Origin: a virus
Length of the DNA: 64,000 nucleotides
Virus record (IMG/VR): IMGVR_UViG_3300025030_000051
Coordinates: 32,001-96,000 of that record
Direction: 5' to 3' (one strand)
Shown: one piece after another, positions 31,970 through 42,387 of the stretch
Position numbering within the stretch: position 1 is the stretch's first letter
Layout: every line of letters begins with the position of its first letter
The notes under the pieces: generated by a model
The model's database searches: none
The model's input: the letters and a program-made list of their open reading frames with translations, nothing else
What the model was told of the DNA's origin: nothing
Made by a program: the position numbers and the translations under genes

Positions 31970-32182
31970 TTAAATATCTTCTTCTTTATAAATTACAAGT
32001 TCGTTCCCATATAAAATTGTAGGAATAGAAGATAATATTTTTTCATTAAGTGTCGGATGTAATTTATCAATATAATCTTTTAATCCTTCCATAGAATTTA
32101 TAGCCTCTAATTCTTTTATAAGTTGCATTTTATTTAATACTTTATTTTTAATAATTAAATCTAAATCTTTCATTTTGCCCAC
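31970..32182 (-). CDS. Hypothetical protein
   Basis: MGKMKDL start; coupled ORF. Confidence 0.5.
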   Translation of the reverse strand: MGKMKDLDLIIKNKVLNKMQLIKELEAINSMEGLKDYIDKLHPTLNEKILSSIPTILYGNELVIYKEEDI

Positions 32183-32562
32183 TTTCCTTTTAATACAATC
32201 AAAGCTATTTTACCGTAAACAGAAATATCAGTAAAAGAATCTTCTACAGATTCGTTTTTTGGAGCCTCTTTTTTCAATATTAAATTAATCAACCTGCTCA
32301 TTTTATCGTTCATCCTTGTAATCAATCCTGTCATTGCTAATTTCAAGTCCTGTTCTGATTCTAAAGCTGTATTCATTGCAATGTTAGTTGGGCCATAATC
32401 ATACTGTTTCTTTAAAAAAGTTATATATTGCTGTGCGCACAATTCCTTAAATTTTTCTGTCATTTCTGGATATTTTTCTTCCATTTCTTTTATCAATTCA
32501 AAAGCTGAGTGATCTATATTCTGTAATTCTATAGAAGGCTCTTGTTTTTTATCTGAATTCAT
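32170..32562 (-). CDS. Nucleotide modification-associated domain 1 (DUF1599/Nmad1)
   Basis: KKQYDYG..RMNDKMSRL..ESVEDSFTDISVY. Confidence 0.85.
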   Translation of the reverse strand: MNSDKKQEPSIELQNIDHSAFELIKEMEEKYPEMTEKFKELCAQQYITFLKKQYDYGPTNIAMNTALESEQDLKLAMTGLITRMNDKMSRLINLILKKEAPKNESVEDSFTDISVYGKIALIVLKGKWAK

Positions 32563-32862
32563 CTATTTCCTTATTTTTAAGTTTTTAAAAGTTTCATTAA
32601 TTCTTAAATTATTTTCTATAGTTTGTTTTAAAGTATTTAATTCATTTGGTATGCATCTAAATCTAAACTCCCATAATACTTCTTTATTTGTTTCTTTATT
32701 GTAGTTAAAACTTGTGAATGTCATATTAAAATATTTGAATCTTTCATTTCTTATAATAGAAACTTCATCTAAAATATCAATAGAGACTTTGTTAATCAAA
32801 AAATTATTAATTTCGTTAATAATTGCACGATTAAAAAAACCTAAAAGAAATATTTGGTTCAT
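32563..32862 (-). CDS. Hypothetical protein
   Basis: ORF. Confidence 0.5.
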   Translation of the reverse strand: MNQIFLLGFFNRAIINEINNFLINKVSIDILDEVSIIRNERFKYFNMTFTSFNYNKETNKEVLWEFRFRCIPNELNTLKQTIENNLRINETFKNLKIRK

Positions 32863-33945
32863 TTAATTTAATATTGTCCCATCAATAACTATTTGCTTGC
32901 ATGATGAGCTATATTTAAATAATTCATAATACTTTATTAGATCTTCCTTTTTGGTAATTCCCCATAAAATAAAAGACTTTCTCTCTAAATCAACTTTAAT
33001 GTGGTATACAAAATCACATTCAATATTATTAAATATAAATTTTTTAAATTCATCAAAATCTTCTTCTGAAATTTTAGATTTTTCTTTTAAATATTTTTCC
33101 CATTTATTATAATCTTTAGAATATTTATCAAATCCCGGATATATAAAAAATGAGTACATCTCATAAGATTTTACTTGTAATTTTTCTCCATTTGGAGTAA
33201 TTGAATCAATTTTTCCATAATAATCTTGATAAGCTGATGCCCTTTTTGAATTAGTGTAATTCCTAACTAATAGTTCAGCAATTCTAGATTTTAACAATAT
33301 ATTATAATCAACTTTATTATTTTTAATCAAACTAGATTTCGTATCATTTTCAATTTCTAATATTGCATCATCAATTAGTTTTTTATCAAATTCACCAGTT
33401 TTTGGCATAGTTCTTATTTTTTTACCTACAATTTTATCCATTGTATTTAATACTTCAAGCATATCTTTATCTAAATTTTTATTTAAATCTTCATGTAACT
33501 TTTCAAACTTAATATTATTATTTTTAATAAAAGTCTCTATTGTTTCGCCCATAATAAATTTATCATAATCATCTTTATAAATTATTCTTATTATACCCGC
33601 TTGTAAAATATTTTTAAGACAATTTTGACAGGGTTTCATTGTTGAATATAAAGTTGCACCATTTACATTAATATAATTTTTTGCAGCAAAATCAATCACG
33701 TTTAGTTCACCGTGTATTTCATTAACTGAACTCCATTTATGATGTTCTTCTCTATTTAAATTACGACTATCAAATTTTTCATTACAATGTAACGTATTCG
33801 ATAACGTCCCATTAAATCCTGTAGATATTATTCTTCCACTGTCAACTATTACACAACCAACGTTGTATAAAGCACAAGTAGACAATTTAGAAAATTCTTC
33901 TGCTATATTCATAAATAATTTATCATATGTTTGCTGTGTTGGCAT
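32863..33945 (-). CDS. dCMP deaminase fused to a C-terminal domain of unknown function
   Basis: VGCVIV..STGFNG; HGELN; PCQNC Zn motifs in the first ~150 aa; ~200 aa extra. Confidence 0.88.
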   Translation of the reverse strand: MPTQQTYDKLFMNIAEEFSKLSTCALYNVGCVIVDSGRIISTGFNGTLSNTLHCNEKFDSRNLNREEHHKWSSVNEIHGELNVIDFAAKNYINVNGATLYSTMKPCQNCLKNILQAGIIRIIYKDDYDKFIMGETIETFIKNNNIKFEKLHEDLNKNLDKDMLEVLNTMDKIVGKKIRTMPKTGEFDKKLIDDAILEIENDTKSSLIKNNKVDYNILLKSRIAELLVRNYTNSKRASAYQDYYGKIDSITPNGEKLQVKSYEMYSFFIYPGFDKYSKDYNKWEKYLKEKSKISEEDFDEFKKFIFNNIECDFVYHIKVDLERKSFILWGITKKEDLIKYYELFKYSSSCKQIVIDGTILN

Positions 33946-33954
33946 TTTTATTTT

Positions 33955-34147
33955 CTATACATTTAATTCTTCGTCTATCAGTTTTTCCAGCATATCATCA
34001 TAAGTGAAAAAAATATCATGAGGTCCGGCCCCGTGTAAATTAAATATTAATTGACAAAGCCTAATATCACATTGTTTTTCATATAATTTTAAAAGTTTTT
34101 CAATTAAACGTTTTTTTATCTTCTGGTTTTCTATTTATGTATTTCAT
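33955..34147 (-). pseudogene. Frameshifted duplicate of 29294-29494
   Basis: Near-identical DNA; A7 instead of A6 after GAT gives an early TGA. Confidence 0.8.
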
Positions 34148-34839
34148 CTTATGTTATTGTCTATTTCATATTTAGATTTTGGAATTTTTATTTTTAACTG
34201 TTTTTCCAATTCTGTTACATTAGTACAGCTTTCGTTAAAAGTAGAATAATTCGTACCAGATTTTTGTCTATTACAAGAAGAAAACAGACACCCGAAAAGA
34301 TTAGACAAATAATCTGCAGAACTATAATCACAATACTCTAATTTATCACATCCAGGTAAAAATTCTTCAGCTTCTTTTATTCCTTCTTTTATCATCATAT
34401 CTCTAAGTAACCAGTGCACCCCAGTGATAAATTCTTCTTCACAGAATTTTAGTCTTCTTGACATTTGACCTCTTAGTGAAGTCAAATCTTGCTTCACCCA
34501 ATATGAACAATTTCTTGACATTAAATTATATGTTGTTTGAATTTTAATTTCATCATTTCTAATTTTTTCTAATTTTTCTAATGTTTGAAATGTTTTATCT
34601 CTAAATTCTTCATTGTCATTCAATAAATTATAAACGTGTGTATAAACAATATACTCAGGGCTTTTTGAAACTTTATAATTAGAAAATTTTACACCAATTC
34701 TAGCTCTTGAATGTTGATCCCAAGAGCATATAGGAATATTAGAAACTGAATATAGTATTGTTGGTGCATTCCATTCGTGGATATCAACAATTAAATTTTC
34801 AACGCCCTTCATTATTTTAATATTATTTTTTACTATCAT
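34144..34839 (-). CDS. Divergent ThyX-fold protein
   Basis: DQHSRARIG (where ThyX has HQxxRHR); LRGQMSRRLKFCEE; Cys-rich C-terminus. Confidence 0.6.
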   Translation of the reverse strand: MIVKNNIKIMKGVENLIVDIHEWNAPTILYSVSNIPICSWDQHSRARIGVKFSNYKVSKSPEYIVYTHVYNLLNDNEEFRDKTFQTLEKLEKIRNDEIKIQTTYNLMSRNCSYWVKQDLTSLRGQMSRRLKFCEEEFITGVHWLLRDMMIKEGIKEAEEFLPGCDKLEYCDYSSADYLSNLFGCLFSSCNRQKSGTNYSTFNESCTNVTELEKQLKIKIPKSKYEIDNNIR

Positions 34840-35643
34840 TTAGTTTTCCTTAAAATAATTTTTGTCAATATTTTCTAATTCATCGTATTTTAATTTTGAA
34901 ATTCTAAAAAGTATGTCTTTTTTATTCATATAAACAGAATAAGAAGCATATAAAGCTATTAAAGGAAATTTATTATGTATATGTGCTACAATATATTTAT
35001 ATAATTCTCTCAAACTATTTGAGTGATCATTGTCTTCAAACTTCATATTAGATAATGACAATAAATTTTGTCCAAAAAAATAAGAATGTGAATAATTTTG
35101 TGGTAAAAATGATCTTGCACTTTGCCAACTTCCCTTACCTTTGTTGAGTATAAATTCATATAAATCTTTTAACTCATTAAATGTATTTTTTTCATATTCT
35201 GAAATTTCTTTGTGATTTTGAAATACAAAATCAGCATCTCTTTTATCATTATCTCTACAGCCTATTGACATAAAGGATGCAAATGGAGCATTTAGTGTAT
35301 GAAAATCAAATAACCATCGAGGAACACCTTTTACTCTAAAAATAAAATTGACCATTTCTCTTGCCTGTGGCAAGGTGTTGTTTGTCAAAACTGCTTTTAC
35401 CACTTCCAGTTTTGATTCAGGATTTGTTGATACCCATTTGTTTTTATATTCATTATTTCCCCAAGTTGCAGTACTTGTTAAAAACATTGCCTTATAAGGA
35501 TTTTTATTATGATCGACCAATTCAATTTCTAAAGAATCTTGTAGACTTAAAAATTTATTTTGTCTATTTGGATTTTCAGAAGGATGAGTTCCTGTTGATT
35601 TTCTTAAATCTTCTATTTTATTTATTTTTTCTTTTTCTGGCAT
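34840..35643 (-). CDS. Divergent ThyX-fold protein
   Basis: EMVNFIFRVKGVPRWLFD; SWQSARSFLPQ..GQNLLSL; no RHR motif. Confidence 0.65.
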   Translation of the reverse strand: MPEKEKINKIEDLRKSTGTHPSENPNRQNKFLSLQDSLEIELVDHNKNPYKAMFLTSTATWGNNEYKNKWVSTNPESKLEVVKAVLTNNTLPQAREMVNFIFRVKGVPRWLFDFHTLNAPFASFMSIGCRDNDKRDADFVFQNHKEISEYEKNTFNELKDLYEFILNKGKGSWQSARSFLPQNYSHSYFFGQNLLSLSNMKFEDNDHSNSLRELYKYIVAHIHNKFPLIALYASYSVYMNKKDILFRISKLKYDELENIDKNYFKEN

Positions 35644-36203
35644 GGTAAATCTTTATGTTGTTTTCTTTTAAAAATTTAGATATTAAATAATAAGACAATA
35701 ATGTTTTATATTGTATTTCTTTTATTGTAAATTTTTCTATTAAATATAAATTTATTATAATTTTTCCTATTTCTATTGGCATCAAAAATTTTAAGGCTTC
35801 ACTAATTTTTTTAGCTTTTTCTTTTGATCTTGACTCATTTTTATTTTAGATTCAATTTTATGTTTTTTACCAAGCATTCCCTTGCCTTTGGCTATTTTCT
35901 TTATAATATTTTCTCTGTCAGGATGGTTACTAATAACATCACCACCAAATGCTGTTTTAGAAATATTATACCAATATTTCTATCATAAGCTTTTAATTCT
36001 TTAATCCAATAAGTTTCTCTCTCATTAGCATTTTCTTTAGAGCATTCTTCAATAACTTCTTTTTTAAAATTTTCAATACCATATTTTTTAATAGCTCTTT
36101 TTATAAGCTTTCCAGAACCTAAATAATAATTACGGTTTTTAGAATCTTGACCAATGTAAATTTTATTATTAATCAAATTAATTGTTTTATAAATAATACC
36201 CAT
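35620..36203 (-). pseudogene. GIY-YIG homing endonuclease with NUMOD3, two frameshifts (3' end approximate)
   Basis: GIIYK..IYIGQ..YLGSG..ERETYWI; continues in another frame as YNISKTAFGGD..GKKHKIESKIKMS, with a second shift near 35810. Confidence 0.8.
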
Positions 36204-36211
36204 TTTCTTTC

Positions 36212-36313
36212 TTAATTAATAACCAAAATAACCGCGTCATAACTTTTTTCAACATTTTTAAACGGAAGAGTTCCCATTGCTTCTCTTAAGTTATCTATTT
36301 CATTTTTATTCAT
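36212..36313 (-). pseudogene. 33-aa ORF resembling the N-terminus of the ThyX-fold gene at 34840-35643
   Basis: EIDNLREAMGTLP versus KIEDLRKSTGTHP. Confidence 0.5.
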
Positions 36314-36320
36314 TATATTC

Positions 36321-39300
36321 CTAATTTATTTTTTGAATTTCATAATTTTTCATTTTTGTAAAACCATACTCGTTTTTATATACTACTATTACAATAAAAT
36401 CTCCTGCTTCTATTTGAATTATATCTTTAGAATCAAATGTAGTTATATAAATTTGTTCATATTCATCTTCAATAATAATTCTATAATACTCTCTTCCTGT
36501 TTTTTTAGATTTTTTACTCTCAATTTCTGTAATTATTCCACAAGTAATAAATGAACCATTTACAGAATTCTTTAAATCAGTGGGACTTTTAAAATCAGCT
36601 ATTTCAAGTCCCTCAAAAAATGAATTTTTTAATATATTAAATTTTTTATTAAAAGGATGAACTGAAAAATAAAATTCAAAATATTTTTTTTCAAATTGTA
36701 ATTTTTCTTTTTCATTCCAGTCTTGAATATCTTTATTTTCTTCTAATAATGCATCAATTTTAGTTTTAATATTACTAGATTTTATTTTTTTTACTTCATT
36801 TATAATAAATTCTAGTAACTTTGAATTACTATATATATTTTCAAAAAATTGTAATCTACAAAGAGGTTCATAACTTCTTTTAGAAATTTTATTTTCATTA
36901 ATTAATTTACAAATTTCATATATATTGTTTGGATTAAAACTATTTATACTTTCTATATCTTTGGATGAAATTCCTTTTACTATATTAAGACCAAAAGTTA
37001 TAATTTTATTGTCATAATCAACAGCAAAGTTATTAGAAGTATATCCACACTTAAAATTACTTATAGTAACACCTTGTTCTTTTGCTTGTTTCATAAACCA
37101 ACTTAACTCTTTTTTCTCACATTTATTAAATAGTGAAGAAAAATATTCTAAGGGGTAATGAACCTTTAAATACATAGCAATATAAGCATTTATAGAATAT
37201 GCTAGCGAATGAGACTTAACAAAAGAATATTGCGAATATTTAATTAATGTATTAAAAAGTTCATTAGCGTTTTTTTCACTTATTCCATTTAATATAGCAG
37301 ATTTTTTAAATTTAGAAATTTTTTCATTAAATTCAGTTGTATAATCTTTTTTAGAATCTTGTTTTGCCAAAGTTTTTAATAATTTTCTTATACTATCAGA
37401 TTCTGTTAAAGTAAAGTTACCTAATTTTTGTAAAATAAGCATTATCTGTTCTTGAAAAATTATTAATCCATAAGTACTGATAAGATTTTCCCAAATAATG
37501 GGATGTATTTTATTATATTTTTCTTTTGCCTTTTCAGTATTATTTTTATTATAAAAGTATTCATCAACAATACCTGCACTTATAGGTCCTGGTCTCCATA
37601 AAGCATTTAAACTTGTTAAATCTTCTATATTTTCCGGTTGCATTTTTATCATCAAATTTATCATTGAATCAGATCCAAATTGAAATATATCTCTAGTATT
37701 TCCTTTTTTAAATTCATCATATACTTTTGCATCATTAAAGTCAGAAGTTAATATTTCAGTTTCCATATGTTTCGTATTATGCTTTTTTTCAATAAGATTA
37801 AAAGTATTATTTATAACAGAAGCAGTTGTAAGTCCCAAAATATCAAGTTTCATATATCCTAATTCAGCAATTCCACGTTCATCAACAGAATCTTGAATAC
37901 CTGTTATAATTTCACCCCCTATTATCTGTAAGGGTAAATCAGAATCAACTAATTTTTTATCTGAAATAATAATACCGCTTGCATGTTTTCCAAGCTGTCT
38001 TGCTAAACCTTCAAATTTACTACCTATTTTAACAAATAATTCATAATTATCATCTATAAATTTTACCGTTTTATAATCTTTTAACTTCTCAAGAATTTTT
38101 CTTGCATTTTTTATTTCTTTTTCAATAGTAGAATTAATTATATTATCATTAAAAATTTTTGTTAGTTTATTAGTAGCATCAAAATTTAATTCAAAAATTC
38201 TACTTAAATCTTTTACTATTGTTTTAGAAGCAAATCTACTAAAATTACCCACGTGACAAACTTTGTTAACACCGTATTTATCTTTTAAATAACCTTCAAT
38301 TTGTTTTTGATGTTCAGAATCAAAATCAATGTCTATATCAGGAGGATCTTTTCTGGCACTATTAGCAAATCTTTCAAAAATTAAATTATATTTTAAAGGA
38401 TCTATTTTTGTTAAATCTGTTAACCATAAACATACACTACTGGGCGCTGAACCCCTACCAGCACCAGTAAATCCTTCAGTTTTTTCAACAAAGTTTTTAA
38501 TAATATCTTCAATAATTAAAAAATAGTCATTAAAACCTTTTTCTTTAAATAAAGAAAACTCATATTTTGCTTGATTTAAATATTTTTCATGTAAATCATA
38601 TTTTATTAAACCATTTTTAATTTTATTAATATAACCTTGTTTTATTTTTTCTAAAAAAAGTTCATCAGCTTCATTTTTAGTAGAACAAAATTTAGGATAA
38701 TTGTTTTTATACAATTCAATATCAAAATTTTCAACTTTATCAGCTATTTCATTAGTATTTTTTAATGATTCAAACAAAATATCTTGTAATTTAACAGGTT
38801 CTTTAATTATTAAATTATTAATTTCTTCTTCAGTTTTAAAATATAGTTCTCTAGCTTCATAAAACCAATCGTCTAAGGTCATCGATTTAATTGTTTTCTT
38901 TTGCTTAATACAATATAGTAAATATTGAATATAATAATCACTTTTGTCTAAATAATGAACGTCTAAACCAAAAACTGGTTTTATATTTAATTCTTTACAA
39001 AATTCAAGATTAACTAAATTAACTTTTCTTTGTATTTCTATACTGTTTAGTTGAAATTCTATATAAAAATTATCTTTAAATTTATTTTTATATTTCTTAT
39101 ATAATTCTCTTACTTCATTTATTTTACCTAAAACTATTTTTTTATTAAAAATACTTCCTAAACAAGCTGTAGTAATAATATTATTGTCATCTAAAAATTC
39201 AAAAACCATGTCTTGACTTAATAATGGCTTTCTGTAAAAATTAAAAAACCCTCTATTAGAAAGATGAATACAATTTTGTAGTCCTTTATAATTTTTTGCT

Positions 39301-39611
39301 AAAATAATTAAATGAGAGTTTTTTTCATTTTTTTCATCTCCAATATCTTCAGCAGATTTTTTATTAAGTTCAAGAAATCTTTCTTTGTCTTGATAATACA
39401 AATCATTAATATAAATCTCACAGCCCATTATAGGTTTTATTTTATTTTCTTTACATGATTTATAAAACTTTAAAAAAGACATCATATTACCATGCTCAGT
39501 TAAAGAAATAGCTTCACATCCAATTTTTTTAGCTTTTTCAACTATATCATCTATTCTAGCTACTGCATCACCTAAAGAAAATGTACTATGAACGTGAATT
39601 GGTGTGTACAT
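36321..39611 (-). CDS. dnaE: DNA polymerase III alpha subunit (family C)
   Basis: PHP domain HVHSTFSLGD, TEHG; GRGSA; FERF..PDIDIDFD; KLDILGL; FVKSHSLAY..YLKVHYP. Confidence 0.96.
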   Translation of the reverse strand: MYTPIHVHSTFSLGDAVARIDDIVEKAKKIGCEAISLTEHGNMMSFLKFYKSCKENKIKPIMGCEIYINDLYYQDKERFLELNKKSAEDIGDEKNEKNSHLIILAKNYKGLQNCIHLSNRGFFNFYRKPLLSQDMVFEFLDDNNIITTACLGSIFNKKIVLGKINEVRELYKKYKNKFKDNFYIEFQLNSIEIQRKVNLVNLEFCKELNIKPVFGLDVHYLDKSDYYIQYLLYCIKQKKTIKSMTLDDWFYEARELYFKTEEEINNLIIKEPVKLQDILFESLKNTNEIADKVENFDIELYKNNYPKFCSTKNEADELFLEKIKQGYINKIKNGLIKYDLHEKYLNQAKYEFSLFKEKGFNDYFLIIEDIIKNFVEKTEGFTGAGRGSAPSSVCLWLTDLTKIDPLKYNLIFERFANSARKDPPDIDIDFDSEHQKQIEGYLKDKYGVNKVCHVGNFSRFASKTIVKDLSRIFELNFDATNKLTKIFNDNIINSTIEKEIKNARKILEKLKDYKTVKFIDDNYELFVKIGSKFEGLARQLGKHASGIIISDKKLVDSDLPLQIIGGEIITGIQDSVDERGIAELGYMKLDILGLTTASVINNTFNLIEKKHNTKHMETEILTSDFNDAKVYDEFKKGNTRDIFQFGSDSMINLMIKMQPENIEDLTSLNALWRPGPISAGIVDEYFYNKNNTEKAKEKYNKIHPIIWENLISTYGLIIFQEQIMLILQKLGNFTLTESDSIRKLLKTLAKQDSKKDYTTEFNEKISKFKKSAILNGISEKNANELFNTLIKYSQYSFVKSHSLAYSINAYIAMYLKVHYPLEYFSSLFNKCEKKELSWFMKQAKEQGVTISNFKCGYTSNNFAVDYDNKIITFGLNIVKGISSKDIESINSFNPNNIYEICKLINENKISKRSYEPLCRLQFFENIYSNSKLLEFIINEVKKIKSSNIKTKIDALLEENKDIQDWNEKEKLQFEKKYFEFYFSVHPFNKKFNILKNSFFEGLEIADFKSPTDLKNSVNGSFITCGIITEIESKKSKKTGREYYRIIIEDEYEQIYITTFDSKDIIQIEAGDFIVIVVYKNEYGFTKMKNYEIQKIN

Positions 39612-40182
39612 TTATAATCTCATGTAATAAATTCATAATTTCTTTTTTATAATCTTTTATCTTACTTTTATTATATGAATAATAATAACTAGGATGCTTT
39701 AATTTAAAAATTTTATTAAAATAATTTGTATTTTCTAATATTATTTTTAAATTATTATATACTGAATTTCCAAGAGCTACTATATACTCTGGTTTTACAA
39801 TTTCTAACTCATTATAAAAAATATAACTACAATCAATAACATTTTTTTTACTAATTTTATTATTAATAGTAGAACATTTAACTAAATTAGTTATATAAAA
39901 GTATTCTAAAACTTTAAATTCTCTAAAAATATCCAAAAAGTTTTGACTTGAACTTTTTTGTTTTTCGTGTCCTAAAAATATAAAATAGTTTTCTATAATT
40001 CTTTTTGAAGAAGGATTTTGTCCTACAAGCATTATTTTACTATTTTTTCCAAAAGATGGTAAAAGTTTTCCTGGATCAAAAGCTTTTACAGAATTTACTT
40101 TAAGTTCATGTAGTTCACACTTTTGGCAACAAATAATTTTTTTAGCTAAATCTTTATCTATCCTATCTAAATTTAAATTCAC
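39586..40182 (-). CDS. Uracil-DNA glycosylase superfamily (family 4-like)
   Basis: CQKCEL; VGQNP; ITNLVKC; IVALG; HPSY. Confidence 0.88.
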   Translation of the reverse strand: MNLNLDRIDKDLAKKIICCQKCELHELKVNSVKAFDPGKLLPSFGKNSKIMLVGQNPSSKRIIENYFIFLGHEKQKSSSQNFLDIFREFKVLEYFYITNLVKCSTINNKISKKNVIDCSYIFYNELEIVKPEYIVALGNSVYNNLKIILENTNYFNKIFKLKHPSYYYSYNKSKIKDYKKEIMNLLHEIINVHTNSRS

Positions 40183-40727
40183 AGCAATTTATGATAACTT
40201 ACAGTATTTATAAAAATAGTACCTAATTTTAAAATCTCAGTATTTCTACTTAATTTATTATAAACATATATGTAAATTTTAATTAAATTACATATATCAT
40301 TTTTAAATTTACTATCTATTTCGCTTCTTATAATAATATGCATATCAAGTAAATTTTTATTAACTATAAAACTAACCATAGAAATACAGGCAGCCATATT
40401 TTCATCAAAATAATCTTTTGGTCTAATAACTACTTTTCGAGTAAATATATCGTCTTTAGCGTATCTATTGTATAATTTATTAAATATATCACATATTTCA
40501 TCAAATTCAAGCGCATCATAAGAATGCGGTGATATTATTTTATTTTCTATTATATAATTAAAAATATTATTTTCTAATTCTTCAATAGTACATTTTAAAT
40601 ATATTTTATAATTTAAATTATAAATTTCTTTATACTTCTTATTATCTCTAATAACAAAATTATTATTACTTTTTAATTTTTTATTCAATTCTAAATATTT
40701 TGTTTCTATTTGATAATCTACTTTCAT
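40179..40727 (-). CDS. Divergent thymidylate-synthase-like protein
   Basis: TRKVVI..ACISMVSF..LDMHIIIRSE..ND..SYH roughly follows the ThyA PC..Q/RSxD/SxH layout. Confidence 0.5.
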   Translation of the reverse strand: MKVDYQIETKYLELNKKLKSNNNFVIRDNKKYKEIYNLNYKIYLKCTIEELENNIFNYIIENKIISPHSYDALEFDEICDIFNKLYNRYAKDDIFTRKVVIRPKDYFDENMAACISMVSFIVNKNLLDMHIIIRSEIDSKFKNDICNLIKIYIYVYNKLSRNTEILKLGTIFINTVSYHKLL

Positions 40728-41157
40728 TTTGAGTATTTTTTATAATTTTTTTTGCTATTATTTTTTGATTTAAATTTGAAGTATCTATTTCGATATAATT
40801 ATTAAAATTAAGTATTTTTTTATTAAAAGCTTTATTTATAAAATTATTATATTCTCTTAAATGAACTTTAATATTCATATATTTTTCATTAGTATTAACG
40901 TGTCTTTGTTTTAATATAGATTCATCAGCATAAAAATAAATAAAATATGAATTATAATAATTTAAAAAAACTTTTAATAAATTCCAAAAATATTTATTAT
41001 TAACATTCCTTTTAAATATTTTAGCATAAACAAGAACAGAAAGAGGTGTTCTATCTGTCATATAATATGAACCACTACTTTGTTTAACTATTTCTTTAAA
41101 AGTTGAAGTTTTACCTGAACGATCAACTCCCTCTAATAATAAAAATACATTATTCAT
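40681..41157 (-). CDS. dNMP/thymidylate kinase-like protein
   Basis: LEGVDRSGKTS; DRTPLS..VYA; IDTS. Confidence 0.85.
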   Translation of the reverse strand: MNNVFLLLEGVDRSGKTSTFKEIVKQSSGSYYMTDRTPLSVLVYAKIFKRNVNNKYFWNLLKVFLNYYNSYFIYFYADESILKQRHVNTNEKYMNIKVHLREYNNFINKAFNKKILNFNNYIEIDTSNLNQKIIAKKIIKNTQNESRLSNRNKIFRIE

Positions 41158-41236
41158 TTACAAAAATTGTTTAATTTTTTCAAAAGAAATGATATTTTTA
41201 TAAAATTAATACACTTACTTATCATAGATTTTTTAC

Positions 41237-42355
41237 TCAATAATTTGATTTTTCATAATTAAAAATATCTTTGAATTTCTCTTTATAAAAATTAAGATCT
41301 GTAGCCATTTTAATATAATCTTTATTTTCTTTAATTTCTTTAAGTGCTACTTCATAATTAATTGATTTAATTTTATCAGGAACTTCATTCAATTTTACAA
41401 CATATTTTCTAAATACTTTTAATAATTCTGGATAATGTTGTAATCCTCTTTCTAAATTAGCTTCATTGTGAATTAATGAAATTGTATCAGATGCTAATGC
41501 TTCAAAGAATCGTATATTAGAAAAATGATTAGAATCATAAGATGGAATAATCATTGTAAACCTTGATTTTCCAACTTCTGTATTATACTTATAAATGTTT
41601 ACAAGTGTATTAATATCTGCAAATTTATCCTTTAAGTAAATATTATTTGAAAGTCTTAAATCTTCTAAATTTTGCTTGAGTTTAATAATCTGTGATGTAA
41701 TATATGTTCTTTTTTTTGTTAGTATTGTACAGCCAAAAGTAAAATCAATATTTTTAAAAGATGGATTAATATTATTATAAAAAAATCCGTATTCTACAAA
41801 TGGCACCCATCTCATATTTTCTGGTGGGGGACAATCAAAAAAGTACCATCTATTTTTAATAAAATCAGGCTCTTGTGGATCTGTAATCATTTGAAATGAT
41901 TCAATACCTTTTACTTCTTGAATATAATATGCAAATAATGCTCTATTAAGATAACTAAAATTTATATTAAAATTTGTTTTATAAAAATCACTATGTAATG
42001 AATTTTCATAATCTTGTTTAATAGGATCATTAATGCCCCTTCTATAATTTTTCATAACTCCTAAATAAACTATTAGATGCTTATCAATTTTATATTTACT
42101 TAAAATTTTATCTATAAATGCATATGATTTTTTCCAAGATTTTTCTGTAAAATAATCATCTTGCGCATCAATAATAGTAATATTAGGAATATCATATAAT
42201 GCAAAAAATTTCTTATCTATAGTTTTTCTTTCCTTGTATGGATTAATAAAATAATAATGATTTTTAGTATCTAAAAAAAGAAATTTAAAATAGTTATTAT
42301 ATTTAGCACTTTCATATCTAGATATCATTTTTAAAAAACTCAATAAAATATTCAT
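41237..42355 (-). CDS. GT-B glycosyltransferase resembling T4 DNA beta-glucosyltransferase
   Basis: ITDP; SRFTMIIPSYD..FSNIRFFEALASDTISLI aligns by eye with the BGT C-terminal TLRVWETMASDAVMLI region (recalled). Confidence 0.6.
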   Translation of the reverse strand: MNILLSFLKMISRYESAKYNNYFKFLFLDTKNHYYFINPYKERKTIDKKFFALYDIPNITIIDAQDDYFTEKSWKKSYAFIDKILSKYKIDKHLIVYLGVMKNYRRGINDPIKQDYENSLHSDFYKTNFNINFSYLNRALFAYYIQEVKGIESFQMITDPQEPDFIKNRWYFFDCPPPENMRWVPFVEYGFFYNNINPSFKNIDFTFGCTILTKKRTYITSQIIKLKQNLEDLRLSNNIYLKDKFADINTLVNIYKYNTEVGKSRFTMIIPSYDSNHFSNIRFFEALASDTISLIHNEANLERGLQHYPELLKVFRKYVVKLNEVPDKIKSINYEVALKEIKENKDYIKMATDLNFYKEKFKDIFNYEKSNY

Positions 42356-42387
42356 ATTTGTTTAATTTACTTTATTGATTAACTTTT

